This document shows positions 1-12,949 of a DNA stretch of 60,762 nucleotides, piece after piece. Where the stretch lies: positions 601,714,283 to 601,775,044 of the forward strand of contig NC_058130.1 of NCBI RefSeq assembly GCF_016433145.1, given 5' to 3'. Source of the stretch: Gracilinanus agilis. Its lineage: Eukaryota. How positions within the stretch are numbered: position 1 is the stretch's first letter; each line of letters starts with the position of its first letter. Below the pieces are notes generated by a model that made no database searches, had not been told where the DNA came from, and was given only the letters and a program-made list of their open reading frames with translations. The translations under genes were made by a program, and so were the position numbers.

Positions 1-325
1 TGTGTGTGTGTATGTATTATATACACACATACACACAGCAATCAAAGTTATTGGTACTATGATTATTTTTACTAGAGAGGTTCCAATGTATTTTCCTTTA
101 GAAAAGACAAAGACTCAGCAGCCAATGTGGATGTGGAACAATTCTTCTTTATATAGTATTTTACAGTTAATAAACTATGGCCTATGCTCTAAAATCATTA
201 GGTGAGGATACAATTAAATAAAAGGTTGTATATCCTGGAACAGATCCTCAATGGATCACAGGTAGAGCTGGAGGGGGAGAGGGACCTACATAGGACAGAA
301 CCAACCACAAATAGGCTCCTCCATA

Positions 326-511
326 GGAGCAGCTAGATGACTTGACAGATAGAGCAAGTCATAGGTTCAAATCTGACCTCAGATACTTCCTAGCTGTGTG
401 ACCTTGAGCAAGTCACTTAACTCCAATTGCCTAGCTCTTTACCCCTCTTCTACCTTAGAACCAATAATTAGTACTGAGTGGAAGACTGAAAGTAAGGTTT
501 TTTTTTTTTTT
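326..511 (+). mobile_element. SINE1_Mdo-like
   Basis: tRNA-like head, CORE (CTGTGTGACCTTGAGCAAGTCACTTAAC), SINE1 tail. Confidence 0.85.
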
Positions 512-1590
512 AATTTGATTCCACCATGAGAGAACTTATGGTTTCATTTTTTGTGACAGGTTAAAGCAATTGAGGGAGAGGGAAGGATCCCATCTCAAGA
601 AAAGTTGAAAGGATTTAGCACGAAAAAGGATTGCCTAGAACTGCTTCCTCCAGCACAATATTAACTAAGTACCATGATGTCTGGTATACAGTTCCACCCT
701 TCCTTCCTAAGACAAGGTCTAGATTTTTGGTGGTGGTGGTTGTTTTTAATCTTTGTATCTTCAGATCTTTATTAAATATTCTACAATATTTTATATATTT
801 AACTGAACAGTGGATCACTACTAATATAAGCCAATAGTGTAAAGTAAAATCCTTTGTTTTACTTTTTTTTTTAAAGCATGCCCACGATGGTAAAAGGAAA
901 TATTAGGAATACACAGTCATCTATTCCTTACATTCTGATGAAGGCCTTATTAAAAAACTCTGTCTCTGTTGATCTCTCTAGGTCAGTCTTTCTGTCTGTG
1001 TGTGTATGTATGTATATCTTTCTTATTTCTAAAACAGCCATGGACAGCAACTGAATGGAGCCATTTGTTGAAGGACTTTTTTAAAGCTTATTAAACAAAG
1101 TAGACGGCTATCAGTTGGGGAATAACTAAACAAAATATGGTGAGGGAATATTACAGTGGGGTAAGAAATGATGAAGAGAGGAATCGGTACCTACTATGTG
1201 TCAACCACAAAGAGAGACAAAAACCAGTCCCTGCCCTGTGGGAGTTTAAGATCTAATAGTAGAAATTATGCAAAAGGGCTATCTTTGTGCAAAAAAAACT
1301 ATAATAGGAATCAATATGAAATATGCAACAGAAGGAAAGTACTAGAATAAGAATGATTAGGAAAAACTAAGACTTGAGGAAAGCATATCAAAAAAAGCGA
1401 AAATTCACATTGTAATTTTCTTTTTTCAAATTTTATTACATTGTTTTAAGATTTTTTGATAAGTTGGGTTTTTCTGTATTAGCCTTAGTATGAGTTTATT
1501 CTTTGTAACAACTGTTTATGGAAAACTTTTGCATTTTGCATTTTTGAATTTTATGATTTATTCTTTTACATTTTGTATTTTGAATTCTCT

Positions 1591-1783
1591 TTTCTCTTTT
1601 TTTTTAACCCTTAACTTCTGTGTATTGGCTCCTAGGTGGAAGAGTGGTAAGGGTGGGCAATGGGGGTCAAGAGACTTGCCCAGGATCACACAGCTGGGAA
1701 GTGTCTTGAGGCCAGATTTGAACCTAGGACCCTCCTGTCTCTAGACCTGACCCTCAATTCATTGAGAGCTACTCTGCTGCCCC
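1591..1783 (-). mobile_element. SINE1_Mdo-like
   Basis: Full length; perfect 15-bp TSD TATTTTGAATTCTCT (1576-1590, 1784-1798). Confidence 0.92.
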
Positions 1784-3007
1784 TATTTTGAATTCTCTAT
1801 TGTTGTTTTTGTTTTTGATCTATGTAACTGTTTAGTGTAATTCCCTTTCCTTTCTTTCCCTAGCTGATGTCCCTAGCATAAGGTAGTGGATAGAAGTAAA
1901 AGATAGGTAAGTGTAGTATGTTTGTTATTTTGGGCAAGTATAATAAAATAGGTTTGCAATAAGAGGGAGAGGGTACATATTTATTGGTGAGCAAATGACA
2001 AATCTTTTTTTTCCAAAAATTTTGCTCATTGCTCAGGGGGCGGAATATTATGGTAGAAATTATAGAGATAGAAATGAATTAAGTATAGTTAAAAAGTTGG
2101 TTTGCAGAGGCTAGCATGACCACATGCCAGGAACTCTAAGAGAATGATTCTGGAATGTAGGAGGAGAGATTTGGAAGGAGCAATGATCAACTGTGCCTTT
2201 CCTGTCTTAGAGCTGAGAGAGGAAGGAGCTGATCTCTGCTGATCCTGTTTCACTAAGCCTGTGGGTGAGAGAAGGGAAATCTTTTGACTTTCTTTGGGAG
2301 TACCTTTCCTCACCAGAAGAAATATACCTAAAGAAGATCCTATATACTCTCAACTCTGACAAAGAGCATCATGGTCCAGAGGCAGTTGCTGGTTTAAGGG
2401 CTGAGGGTCAACTTCAGGCCCGGCTCAACTAGGATGAACTCCAACATCTAGAGGTCATCTTGATGCCTGTAATATGCTGATAAACCAACTATAGTGTCAG
2501 GAAGAATAGAAAGGGCTTTGGGTTTTAGCCAGAAGCAGGGAGGTATTAGGGATCATCAAGAAACATAAGCCTCCATGTTGGGATGGATTTATCAGGAAGT
2601 GGGAAGTGAGAGATTTAGAGATTAGGGCAACCTGTTTTTACAACAACTGTTTGAAAAGACTGGCCCAGTATAGTAAGACCCAACTGTTTTACTGCACCAA
2701 AAAGGGACTGAGGTATCATGCACACACCTCAGTGCACCTCACTATTTCAACATGAAGGGATGGAAAAACTTTTTAAGTATAATATCCACAATAAATGATA
2801 ACAATGTAAACAGAATCACTACTACCAAAAAAAGTAAATGTTTAACATTAAGTCCGAAGTTGCCCTAATGAAGCGTTATGAAGATACTTCCTTCCCTCCT
2901 ACACTCCCCAAACTGGAAGTGTCCATTGGTATGGAACTTTGCATATACTGATTAAGTTTTGCTTATTGCTTTCCTTCTTCCTCTTTTTTTCCTTAAAAAG
3001 AAGACAA

Positions 3008-3034
3008 AAACAAACAAACAAACAAACAAACAAA
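3008..3034. repeat. (AAAC)n
   Basis: Read directly. Confidence 0.9.
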
Positions 3035-4074
3035 AAAAAACAAAAAAACGAACTAGTATTCACCCAGAAAGAGATGACCCAGGAACTCAACAGTAAGGCA
3101 ATCCAGGTTAGAAAGGAATTTTTACCTGGATAAATGTAAGCATCTAGGTTGTGTTTTGTTTTTGGTTACAGGAGAGGGAAGATTTACCATCACAGAGGAC
3201 AGACTCAGGAAATTCAAAGTAAAGTTTGAATGATTTTAAATGGCTATAAAGAACTTCCCAATGGTAGGTAATGGCTGGATTGAACTAAAAGTTGAGCCAG
3301 GAACCTCTCTCTTTAGGGAGTCTTTTAGATACTGAATGGATTTTCATCTTCCCAGGATGGTGAGGCAGACTACAAGCCTACACCTCAGTTATAAACTCCT
3401 ACAAACCTAAATACCTCTCATACCAAATAAGGACAATATACCAAAACTATGGAAAGAAAAGAACTCTAACTCCATACTGCATCCTTCTTCCCTACCACCT
3501 AATAGATTCAATATGAAAACCAGTCCAGGCATACATAGGGAGTTAGATGCATGGCTAGCTACTCTCCCTGAGAACAAGCCCAATAATCTATGAATGCCTT
3601 GAAGTACAGGCACCTAAAACAAGATTTTTCCATTTTCCTTTGTGCCAAATCACCTACCAGTAATTGGGGGTGGAAAAGAAATAGGAATATCTGCAAATAA
3701 CATACTTGCAAGTGTTTAATCTTACCACTTTCCAACTACTCCAGGATCCAATGGGCTGGAAGGGGGACTATTAATTATCTCACTGTAAATATTTTACTCT
3801 CTAATCCAATTTTCCAGTTTCCAGAGCCTATAAAAAGTCTCTTCTGTATTTTGAAATAGCTTGAGAAGAAAGCATAAGTCTATATTTAAAGATTATGCTA
3901 ATTTATATAAAACAACAAAACTACATTAGGAGCTGGGTGGGCAGGCTCTGACCAGTTTACTGACATGTAAAACAAAACAGTTGGACTAAATGATCTCTGA
4001 GATCCCTTCCATCTCCAAACCTAAGTGATTCTATAAAGGTGTGCCTCTTGGCAGAGAGGGAGGAAGGAGGGAGA

Positions 4075-4255
4075 TGTGCTAGGCAATGTGCTAAGCAATT
4101 TACAGATATCTCATTTCGTTCTCAAAACAACTCTAATACACAGCATCTGCTAGTATCCCCATTTGGCAGAGAGAGGTTAAGTGATGTGCCCAGGGTCACA
4201 CAGTCAGGGTCCCCAGGCTGAATCTGAGTTCCCTTCTTCCTAACTCTAGACCCAA
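4075..4255 (-). mobile_element. MIR (Ther-1)
   Basis: GAGGTTAAGTGATGTGCCCAGGGTCACACAG core. Confidence 0.75.
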
Positions 4256-4308
4256 GCGGCCTCAGGGTTAATAACCATTCAAGAAAACTTTATTGAAAGT
4301 AAAAGGAA

Positions 4309-6379
4309 TGAAGGCATTAAAATAGGCAACGAAGAGCCTAAGCTATCACTCTTTGCAGATGATATGATGGTCTACTTAAAAAATCCTAGAGAATCAATTA
4401 AAAAGCTAGTAGAAATAATCAACAACTTTAGCAAAGTTGCAGAATACAAAATAAATGCACATAAATCATCAGCATTTCTATATTATTTCCAACACATCAC
4501 AACAGCAAGAGTTAGAAAGAGAAACACCATTTAAAATCACTCTAGACAATATAAAATACTTAGGAATCTATCGACCAAAACAAACACAGGAATTATACGA
4601 ATACAACTACAAAACACTTTCCAAACAATTAAAACTAAATCTAACCAATTAGAAAAACATTGATTGCTCATGGGTAGGACCAGCTAACAATAAAAATGAC
4701 CATTCTACCCAAATTTATTTATTTAGTACCATGCCTATCAAACAACCAAGAAACTTTTTTACTGAATTAGGAAAAACTATAAAAGTTCATTTGGAATAAC
4801 AAAAGATCAAGAATATCAAGGGAAATAATGAAAAAAAAAGTGAAGGAAGGTGGCCTAGCAGTACCAGATATTAAACTATACTATAAAGCAGCAGTCATCA
4901 AAACAGTATGGTACTGGCTAAGAGACAGAAGGGAGGATCAGTGGGGTAAGTAATGTCAGCAAGACAGTGTATTAATACACCCAAAAAGCCCAACTTTTGG
5001 AACATGAATCCACTATTTGACAAAAACTGCTGGGAAACTTGGAAAACAATATGGGAGAGATTAGGTTTAGATCAACATCTCACACCCTACACATACCAAG
5101 ATAAATTCAGAATTGGTGAATGAATTGAATATAAAGAGGGAAAACTATAAGTAAATTAAGTGAACACAGAATAGTATACTTGTCAGATCTATGGGAAAGG
5201 GAAAATCTTAAAACAAAGCAAGAGTTAGAAAAAAAATTACAAAATGTAAAATAAGTAATTTTGATTATATTAAATTAAAAAGTTTTTGTACAACAGTGCA
5301 GCCAAAATCAGAAAGGAAACAACAAACTGGGAAAAAAATCTTTATATAACTTTATATAACTCAAATATACAAGGAGCTAAATCAATTGTATAAAAAATCA
5401 AGCCATTCCCCATTTGATAAATGGGCAAGAGACATGAATAGGCAATTTTCAGATAAAGAAATCAAAACTATCAATAAGCACATGAGAAAGTGTTCTAAAT
5501 CTCTAATAATCAGAGAAATGCAAATCAAAACAACAATGAGGTATCACCTCACACCTAGCAGATTGGCTAAAATGACAACAGGGGAGACTAATGAATGCTG
5601 TAGGGGATGTGGCAAAATTGGGACATTAATGCATTGCTGGTGGAGTTGTGAACTGATCCAACCATTCTGGATGGCAATTTGGAATTATGCCCAAAGAGCT
5701 CTAAAAGACTGCCTGCCCTTTGATCCAACCATACCACTACTGGGTTTGTACCCCAAAGAGATCATAAACAGACTTGTACAAAAATATTTGTAGCCCCACT
5801 TTTTGTGGTGGCAAAAAACTGGAAAACAAGGGGATGCCCTTCGATTGGGGAATGGTTGAACAAACTGTGGTATATGCTGGTGATGGAATACTATTGTGTT
5901 CAAAGGAATAATAAACTGGAGGAATTCCATGTGAACTGACCTCCAGGAACTTATGCAGAATGAAAGGAGCAGAGCCAGAAGAACATTGTACACAGAGACT
6001 GATACACTGTGGTAAAATTGAAAGTAATGGACTTCTGTACTAGCAGAAATGCAATGACCCAGGACAATTAATTCTAAAGAACTCTACCCACATTCAGAGG
6101 AAAAACTACAGGAGTGGAAACAGAAGAAAAACAACCTCTTGAACACAGGGGTTGATGCGGACATGATTGGGGATGTAGACTGGAAAGGACTACACCAAAG
6201 CAACTATCAATAATATGTAAATAAGTCTTGATTGATGACGCGTTAAAACCAATGAAAATGTGTGTTGGATATGGGGGTGGGGGGTGAAGGGAGGTTGAAG
6301 GGGAAAGTAAAAACATGAATCATGTAACCATGGAAAATTTTTCTAAAAAAATATAATATTTAAATCTTAAATATAAAAA
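4309..6379 (+). mobile_element. 5'-truncated L1 (L1_Mdo-like), ORF2 3' half plus 3'UTR
   Basis: RT motif [10 protein letters not shown] near 4340, C-terminal CRGCGKIGTLMHC knuckle (ORF 5386-5793), frameshifts and stops, A-rich tail. 13-bp TSD AAAGTAA(A/G)AGGAA at 4296-4308 and 6380-6392. Confidence 0.95.
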
Positions 6380-6557
6380 AAAGTAAGAGGAAGAATTGTA
6401 TCAGATAACCAATTGTTCTTAAGGTCAGTTTGTAGTTTTTTACTTCCACCTTCAAGCATCCAGCTTAGTGACTTGGACAATCAGTAGGAATTCAATCCAA
6501 AGACATTGCATTTCTGCAAATGAAAAATTACCTAGGGAAGGGTAAGAAAGGAAAGGG

Positions 6558-7260
6558 CAAAAGGGCTTTAAAAGAATGCCTATCCTTTGACCCAGCCATA
6601 CCATTGCTGCATTAGAGATAATAAGGAAAAAGATCTGTACAAAAATATCTATAGCCACGTTCTTTATGGTAGCAAAAAATTGGAAAATATGGGGATGTCC
6701 TTCAATTGGGGAATGGCTGAACAAATTTGGCATCTGTTGGTGATAGAACACTATTATGCTAAAAGGAATAATGAACTGGAGGAATTCCATGTGAACTGGA
6801 ATGACCTCCAGGAATTGATGCAGAGTGAAAGGAGCAGAGCCAGAAGAACCATATACACTGAGATTGATACACTGTGGCACAATCGAATGTAATGGACTTC
6901 TCTACTAGCAGCAATGCAATGATCCAGGACAATTCTGAGGAACTTATGAGAAAGAACATTATACACATCCAGAGAAAGATCTGTGGGAGCAGAAACACAG
7001 AAGAAAAACATAGGATTGATCATGTAGTTCAATGGGGATATGATTAGGGATTTGATGTTAAAAAAAGTTCACTCTATTACAGATATAAAAACATGGAAAT
7101 GGGTTTTGAATAATTCATGTATAACCCAGTAGAACTGCTAGTCAGCTTCAGGAGTGGGGAGGGAGGGGGTAAGGGGTTGAGGGTGGGGAATTATGAATCG
7201 TGCAACCATGGAAAAATATTCTAAATCAAAAACGGAAAAAAAGAAAAAAGAAAAAAAAAA
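6558..7260 (+). mobile_element. Second L1 3' fragment
   Basis: Homologous to 5690-6075 (ORF2 end, GEWLNK-like) with a different 3'UTR and a poly-A tail. Confidence 0.92.
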
Positions 7261-7276
7261 GGGGGGGGGGGAGAAA

Positions 7277-7518
7277 GGGGCAGTTAGGTGGCCCAGTAGA
7301 TAAGAGTGCCAGGACAGGGGTCATGAAAACCAGGGCTCAAATTTGGCCTCTCAGTTACTAGATATGTGACACTGGGCAAGTCTCATAACTGTTTGCCTCA
7401 GTTTCCTCATCTATAAAATGACCTAAAGAAGGAAATGGCAAACTACTCTAATGTCTTTGCCAAGAAAAGCCCAAATAACATCACAAAATCAGACATGACT
7501 GAAAATGACAGAATAACA
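7277..7518 (+). mobile_element. MAR1 CORE-SINE with RTE-type tail
   Basis: GAAGGAAATGGCAAAC...TTTGCCAAGAAAA...GACATGACTGAA tail. Confidence 0.88.
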
Positions 7519-7592
7519 CTATTCTGGTAAACCTCAAGACAAATTATTGCTAGCATCCTATTCCTGTCATGATGTTCTAAAGATAACTAATA

Positions 7593-7793
7593 GGGCAGCT
7601 AGGTGGCACAGTGGACTGAAAGTCTGCCCTGCAGGCAGGAGGTTCTGGGTTCAACTTTGGCTTCAAGATACTTTCTAACTGTGGGACCCTGGGCAAGTCA
7701 CTTAACCCCCATTGCCTAGCACTTACTGCTCTTCTATCTTGGAACTGATAGTATTCTTCTGTATAAGACAGAAGGTAAAGATTAAAAAAAAAA
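7593..7793 (+). mobile_element. SINE1_Mdo-like
   Basis: GGGCAGCTAGGTGGC head, CORE, GAAGGTAAAG tail, poly-A. Confidence 0.9.
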
Positions 7794-9044
7794 GATTAAT
7801 AATATCCATTTATTGAGCACCTAACATGTGCTTGGTCCTGGGGGTACAAGGTCAACAACAAAAAGCAAATCATCCTTACCCTCCAGGATATTTCCTTCTT
7901 TCTATAGGGGAAATTCACATGACCACTAAGTTATTTATATAATCATATACCTGAGGCTTCCTTTTTGCTCACCATAAATTTACATTAAAATTAGCTGAAT
8001 CCTCTGCCTAGGTCAATAAATCCACTTAGGTGGCTTGTCCTTTGCTTTCTATTTTCTGAAGCAGAGGTGTATGTGAAAAGTTTCCACTTACCAAAAGTAG
8101 AGTAGCATAAAATAAAAGGTGTCAAAAGAAGGAAAGGTAATCTGGTTTTAACAGTGAGGGAGAAATGTCTGCAGCCTGCCTGCCTCTAGAAGAGCATTCC
8201 TCATAAAACACCACACCGATGCAGCCCTGAAAACTACAACTGCACACTAAAATTTAAGCCACTGTGTTATTCCTTACCAAAGTGGCAACAACAACAGCTG
8301 CCTCTTTCCTTATCCTCAATCCTCAATTCTTTCACCAAGACCCTTCCTTCAGAACAATTGTTGGTAGTAAATCTACCAGCCGGATAGTGGTAATTCTGAT
8401 TTGAGGACTGGGAAAGCAAAAATTACCATCCTTTGTCCAGATCTGGAAAATATCAAAAAAACATTTATTGTTTGCTGACTGTGTACACAGACCCTCTGGA
8501 GGCATAATTACCACAACACCTATTTATGCTTTCAGCACAAACCGGATTTACTGTTTTTTAATCATTGCTGACCCTGTTAATAACAGGCATTGCTTGCTAA
8601 TCTTAGGCTAATTAAAACATTCACAAGATCTCAGAGAAGTTTTCAACTTCCCCTAACACAACCCCATCTTGATAAAATTTGGGCATTCTGAAACTGCTTT
8701 TATTGGCTGATCAACTGCAGTTCTCAGTCACCCAGGGCAGAGCTCTCAGGATTAAGTCCCACTTCCTGAATTGGATGGAACACTAAATCTTCAGGGTAGC
8801 ACCCCCTGAGAGTCACATAAAAAGGGCAATCATTCCCCCACTTTCCACACTAGGCCATGGTGGGATTGATATGAGAAGGCTCCTTTTTTAAAAAGTATTT
8901 ATTTGGCTTTACAGTCATCCAAAAATAATAGTTAATCCATTCCCTTTGTTTATAGTTTTCTCTTATAAAAAGAGAAAGGTCAAAACTGTACATTAGCATA
9001 GATCACTGTTTGTAGATGGTCCCAATCAAATGCATAAAAACTGG

Positions 9045-9490
9045 AGTCCACAATGATGAACAGGATGATTTCAGAAAAAGGTGGAAATATCTGCGGGATC
9101 TGATAACAGAGCAAAATAAGCAGAACTGGGAGAACACTGTACATAGTAATAGCAATATTGTACAATTATCAACTGTGAAATCTTGGCTGCTTTCAGCAAT
9201 ACAATGATCTGGGACAATTCTGACCCAGATCAAAGCATACTATCTTTCACATTAGTTAATTTATGGGTTTCTTTTGATGCTTTAATATTCTCTTCACAGC
9301 AATGACCAATATGGAAGTGTGTTTTGCATGATAATATATGTATAAATCAAATCAAACTGTTTACCATCTCCATGTGGGGGAAGGGAAGGGAGAAAGGGAA
9401 ACAATTTGGATCTTAAAATTTTGGAAAATGTATGTGGAAAATTGTTATTACAAGTAATTGGGAAAATAAAATATCTTTGAATGAAAAAAA
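9045..9490 (+). mobile_element. Older L1 3' end
   Basis: AATGATGAACAGGATGATTTCAGAAAA and CAATGACCAATATGGAA motifs typical of marsupial L1 3' ends; A-rich end. Confidence 0.85.
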
Positions 9491-9562
9491 TTTTGTTACT
9501 AATGATGGTTTTTCTGCAGAGAGGAAAAGCTGGGGCAAAGGCAACATTTGGGAATAGGGGAA

Positions 9563-9739
9563 GGGGGAAGCTGTAGGTGGCTACAGAGACAGAGGTCCTG
9601 GGTTCAAACCTGATCTCAGACAATTCCCAGCTGTGTGACCCTTGGCAAATCACTTAACCCTCATTGACTGGGCCTTACCGTTGTTCTTGTGTCTTAGTAA
9701 TTTCTAAGATAGAAAGTTAAGGGTTTTAAAAAATAAAAA
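9563..9739 (+). mobile_element. SINE1_Mdo-like
   Basis: B-box GGTTCAAACC, CORE, tail and A-run. Confidence 0.85.
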
Positions 9740-11998
9740 GAAATGAAGGTTAAGAAGTAGTATATCCCAAACTCATAGGCTCAAGACTTTGTAATATGTT
9801 GCTAACTTTTCAACTTTGACCTCTCACTCAAAAGAGCAGCAAATTAAGCATTTGAATATTGTCTTGTTAATCACAGGAAAGTCCCAGAGTTTATAGAATT
9901 CCTTAATACCTCCGTGTGTGAAGATGCTGAATGAAGAGGGCTTTCCCACCCGCCTCCCCCCCATTAGCTTCAGATATATCATGTGACCACTTGGTTGTTC
10001 CAAATAGACTCCACTGCCAAGTAATTGGTTCATAAATTCCATTCATAACTTGAAACGGAAAGGGGCCGAAATGAGCTATCTGTCTGTAATTTTAAATGCT
10101 GTCATTACTCTCCTGGCTGCAAGCAGTTAAAGAGAGCCTTAGTGCAGCCCCTAAATTACTGATGCAGTTTATTACTTTTGAATGAGCTAAGAGTAGCTAT
10201 GATGATCTTATAGGGGGTGGGGGAACATGTTCAAGTGTTCAAGCCTGCAATGCCTTGATTAATCAATCATTTAATGTAAGCCTTTTAGAACTTGTTTTCC
10301 ATTAAGTGCACTATTTTGTACATTCAGTCTTTTCTTTACATTCTCTAGAGAAGAGCTTGGCTTTAGAATGCTTTATTTCCAGTGAAGACCTTTATCATTA
10401 TTAGAAAAAGATATTTTGAGGAGCAGTAGTTTCACTGGGATTTCTTTTTGCTTTTTTTGTTGAGAGAGGAGAGGGCTCTTTTTTATTTAACATCACACTA
10501 GAATAAGAAATTGCACTATTAATCCCTAACCAAAACCTAGTATCAGTGCATTAAAGGACCAGAATAAGCATGGGGGAGGGGGAAGTCCTAATTCTTGAAA
10601 CCTGAAGTTATCTAATTTCCCCCCCAAAACCAGACCATTAGCACTTTCATTGTTTATCACTAATGAGTAATGGAACTGACTGGACCGCCAGAAAATCCCA
10701 TCAGATCATGAAGTGGATGAGAAACCATTCACTGAAGTCCTTTCTCCATTTCTGCCCTGCAGACCCTTTTGCTGAGGAATGAAAATTAAATATTCAAATA
10801 ACAAGCAGCAGATGGATGATGGCTCTTGGGCTTCCTGAAGTGAGTAAATTTTAAACACACTTTTCCCAGATACAGTTTTGCCCAGAACAGTCAGATAACC
10901 CTAGTTACTTAAAACCAACACTACCCAAAGATAAATATAGGGCATTTTTTGAGAACTATTTCCAAATCCCTTTTCTAACTCATTTCCACACATGCTTCCA
11001 TACACCTCTATTTCATTCCAGCTCTAAAAATTTTAGGACCTGGAAAGGAACATCAGTCCAGTACAACCCCATCATTTTAAAGGGAAAAAAAAAAGTGAAA
11101 TGACTTGGTCCCTAAGGTCATAGAGGTCACTTGTGGAAGTGTGGGGAAAAAGGGGTAACTCTACAACTCAAGGCCCTTGAGATCCCACAGCCCAGTGCTC
11201 TTTCTACTATATATCACCTCTCACTTGCCTTCATACATTTTTATTCAGATCAAAAATCTACTTTTTTTTCTTTTGAAATTTTAGTCACAGAAACACGAGA
11301 ATCTTAAAATTCATTCTTGGAGAATATAAATAACATGCCTACAATAACAGTACTCCTAAATGGAGAAAATAATCAAGACAAAGATCGAAGAGGCTACCTG
11401 AGACAACATGCTAGAAAATAATGAATTGAACTATAGTTAACAAAAATAGATGTTTTCTTTCCATTAATGTGTTCTGCTTTATGCTAGGTGAAATCCCCAT
11501 AGGCAAAATCTCTGTTGCCAAAAAACAGGTGTGAAGCTACTTTACTTACTGATGGAGAAAACCTCTAAGAAAAAGGCATAAATAGCACTGTGGAACTGAT
11601 TTCTTGAACCATTTCTTAAAGGCTCATAAAAAGCTTACAGCACATTTAGAATTAGAAACTTTGTAAGATAAGTATTGCTATGAAATAGTGTATTGGTTGG
11701 GAAAATACAGCCCATATGCTGACTAACTATTCTTAGTCCATTTAAAAGTTTGGGTCTCCATTCAAGAAAATATTTCACTCCACTAAACATCTCCTCCACT
11801 GCCTCATCCTGGCAGAAAGGTGATCCTGGCTTCCAACACTGCCAATGAAACATGAACTCTGGCAGGTCCTACAAGTTGGGAAAGTCTTTTGCCTTTTTCT
11901 GAGGATCAGTTGAACTCAATTTGGAGAGGCTGATTACCAGGTTGGCCAAAGAGCAATGAAATATTTGGCAAAAGAAACCTTCATGAGAACTGTGTTAA

Positions 11999-12177
11999 CA
12001 GTGTTCTTAATCTAGGGCCAGGAACTTTTTTTTGTAATATTCTGATATCTGTATTTCAAGATAATTGGCTTATTTTGCAATCCTATGTAGTTTTGGATAC
12101 ATTTGAAAAATTATTCTGAGAAGGAGTCTACAGATTCCAGACTAACAAAAGGGCAAAAAAAGAATTAAAACTCCCTA
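11999..12177. mobile_element. Charlie4z-like hAT MITE, copy 1
   Basis: CAGTGTTCTTAATCT start and ATTATTCTGAGAAGGAGTC...AAAAGAATTAA end. Confidence 0.7.
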
Positions 12178-12364
12178 TCTGTAAAATAAATCCTTTATAG
12201 AGCCAGGAGCTGGACGGGATCACAGAGGTTATCTAATCCATCCCCCTCTTCATTTTAATTTGGGGAAATTGAGGCCACCAAGATTTAGTGACTAGACCAA
12301 AGTAGTGTATACACACATAATATAAGTTTCAGGGGTAGGAAGAGAACCTAGGTCACCCAAGAGA

Positions 12365-12525
12365 TCTATTAACTTTTTTCCTTTTAACATTTTGATAACT
12401 ATATTTCAATATAATTATCTTCCATTGAATCCTCTGTATTATTTTATCCATGCTTTTACATCATTATGAGAATGGATCAATAGGTTTCACCTTACTGCCA
12501 AAGGGGTCCACAACACACAGTTAAG
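12365..12525. mobile_element. Charlie4z-like hAT MITE, copy 2
   Basis: ATTTTGATAACTATATTTCAATATAAT...ACTGCCAAAGGGGTCCA. Confidence 0.7.
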
Positions 12526-12898
12526 TTAGTGAAGGATGAGATTTGTATCTGGAAAGCATACACAGTGATAGAAACTGCAGATCTTTATAGGTATGAAATT
12601 ATCATTTCATTAGGGAAAAAAAGCAAGTTTTTTAATGAAGAGTAAGTAATGGATATACTCAATGCTATGGCAGAGAGAGTCATACAAAAAGTCTGGCAAA
12701 GCACAGAATTTAAGAACTCTAAGGAAGGGGGAAGGCGTCAGTGAGGCCTGGAGTAGTAACCCATAATAATTTTACAGCACTGTTTTTCCAAATGGAAGAG
12801 TAAAGGAGTTTTTGGAGTGAAGATGGTCAGAAAACTGACATGTAAAGGAATCAGTCAAAATACACTCACCCCAAAAACTCATATATGTATGTGTACGT

Positions 12899-12920
12899 AC
12901 ACACACACACACACACACAC
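12899..12920. repeat. (AC)11 microsatellite
   Basis: Read directly. Confidence 0.95.
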
Positions 12921-12949
12921 AGGAAGAGGGCACATTTACAAACCCAGGA

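Noticed and set aside
1800-2560. Possible solo ERV LTR
   Set aside because: Only compositional resemblance; no clear TG...CA ends or TSD.
2621-2869. 11-bp inverted repeat ATTAGGGCAAC/GTTGCCCTAAT resembling Blackjack-type TIRs
   Set aside because: No TSD, and a few such pairs are expected by chance in 60 kb.
5386-5793. 135-aa ORF with a Cys/His motif, and ORFs 4455-4652 and 6587-6892
   Set aside because: Fragments of L1 ORF2 in broken frames, not host genes.
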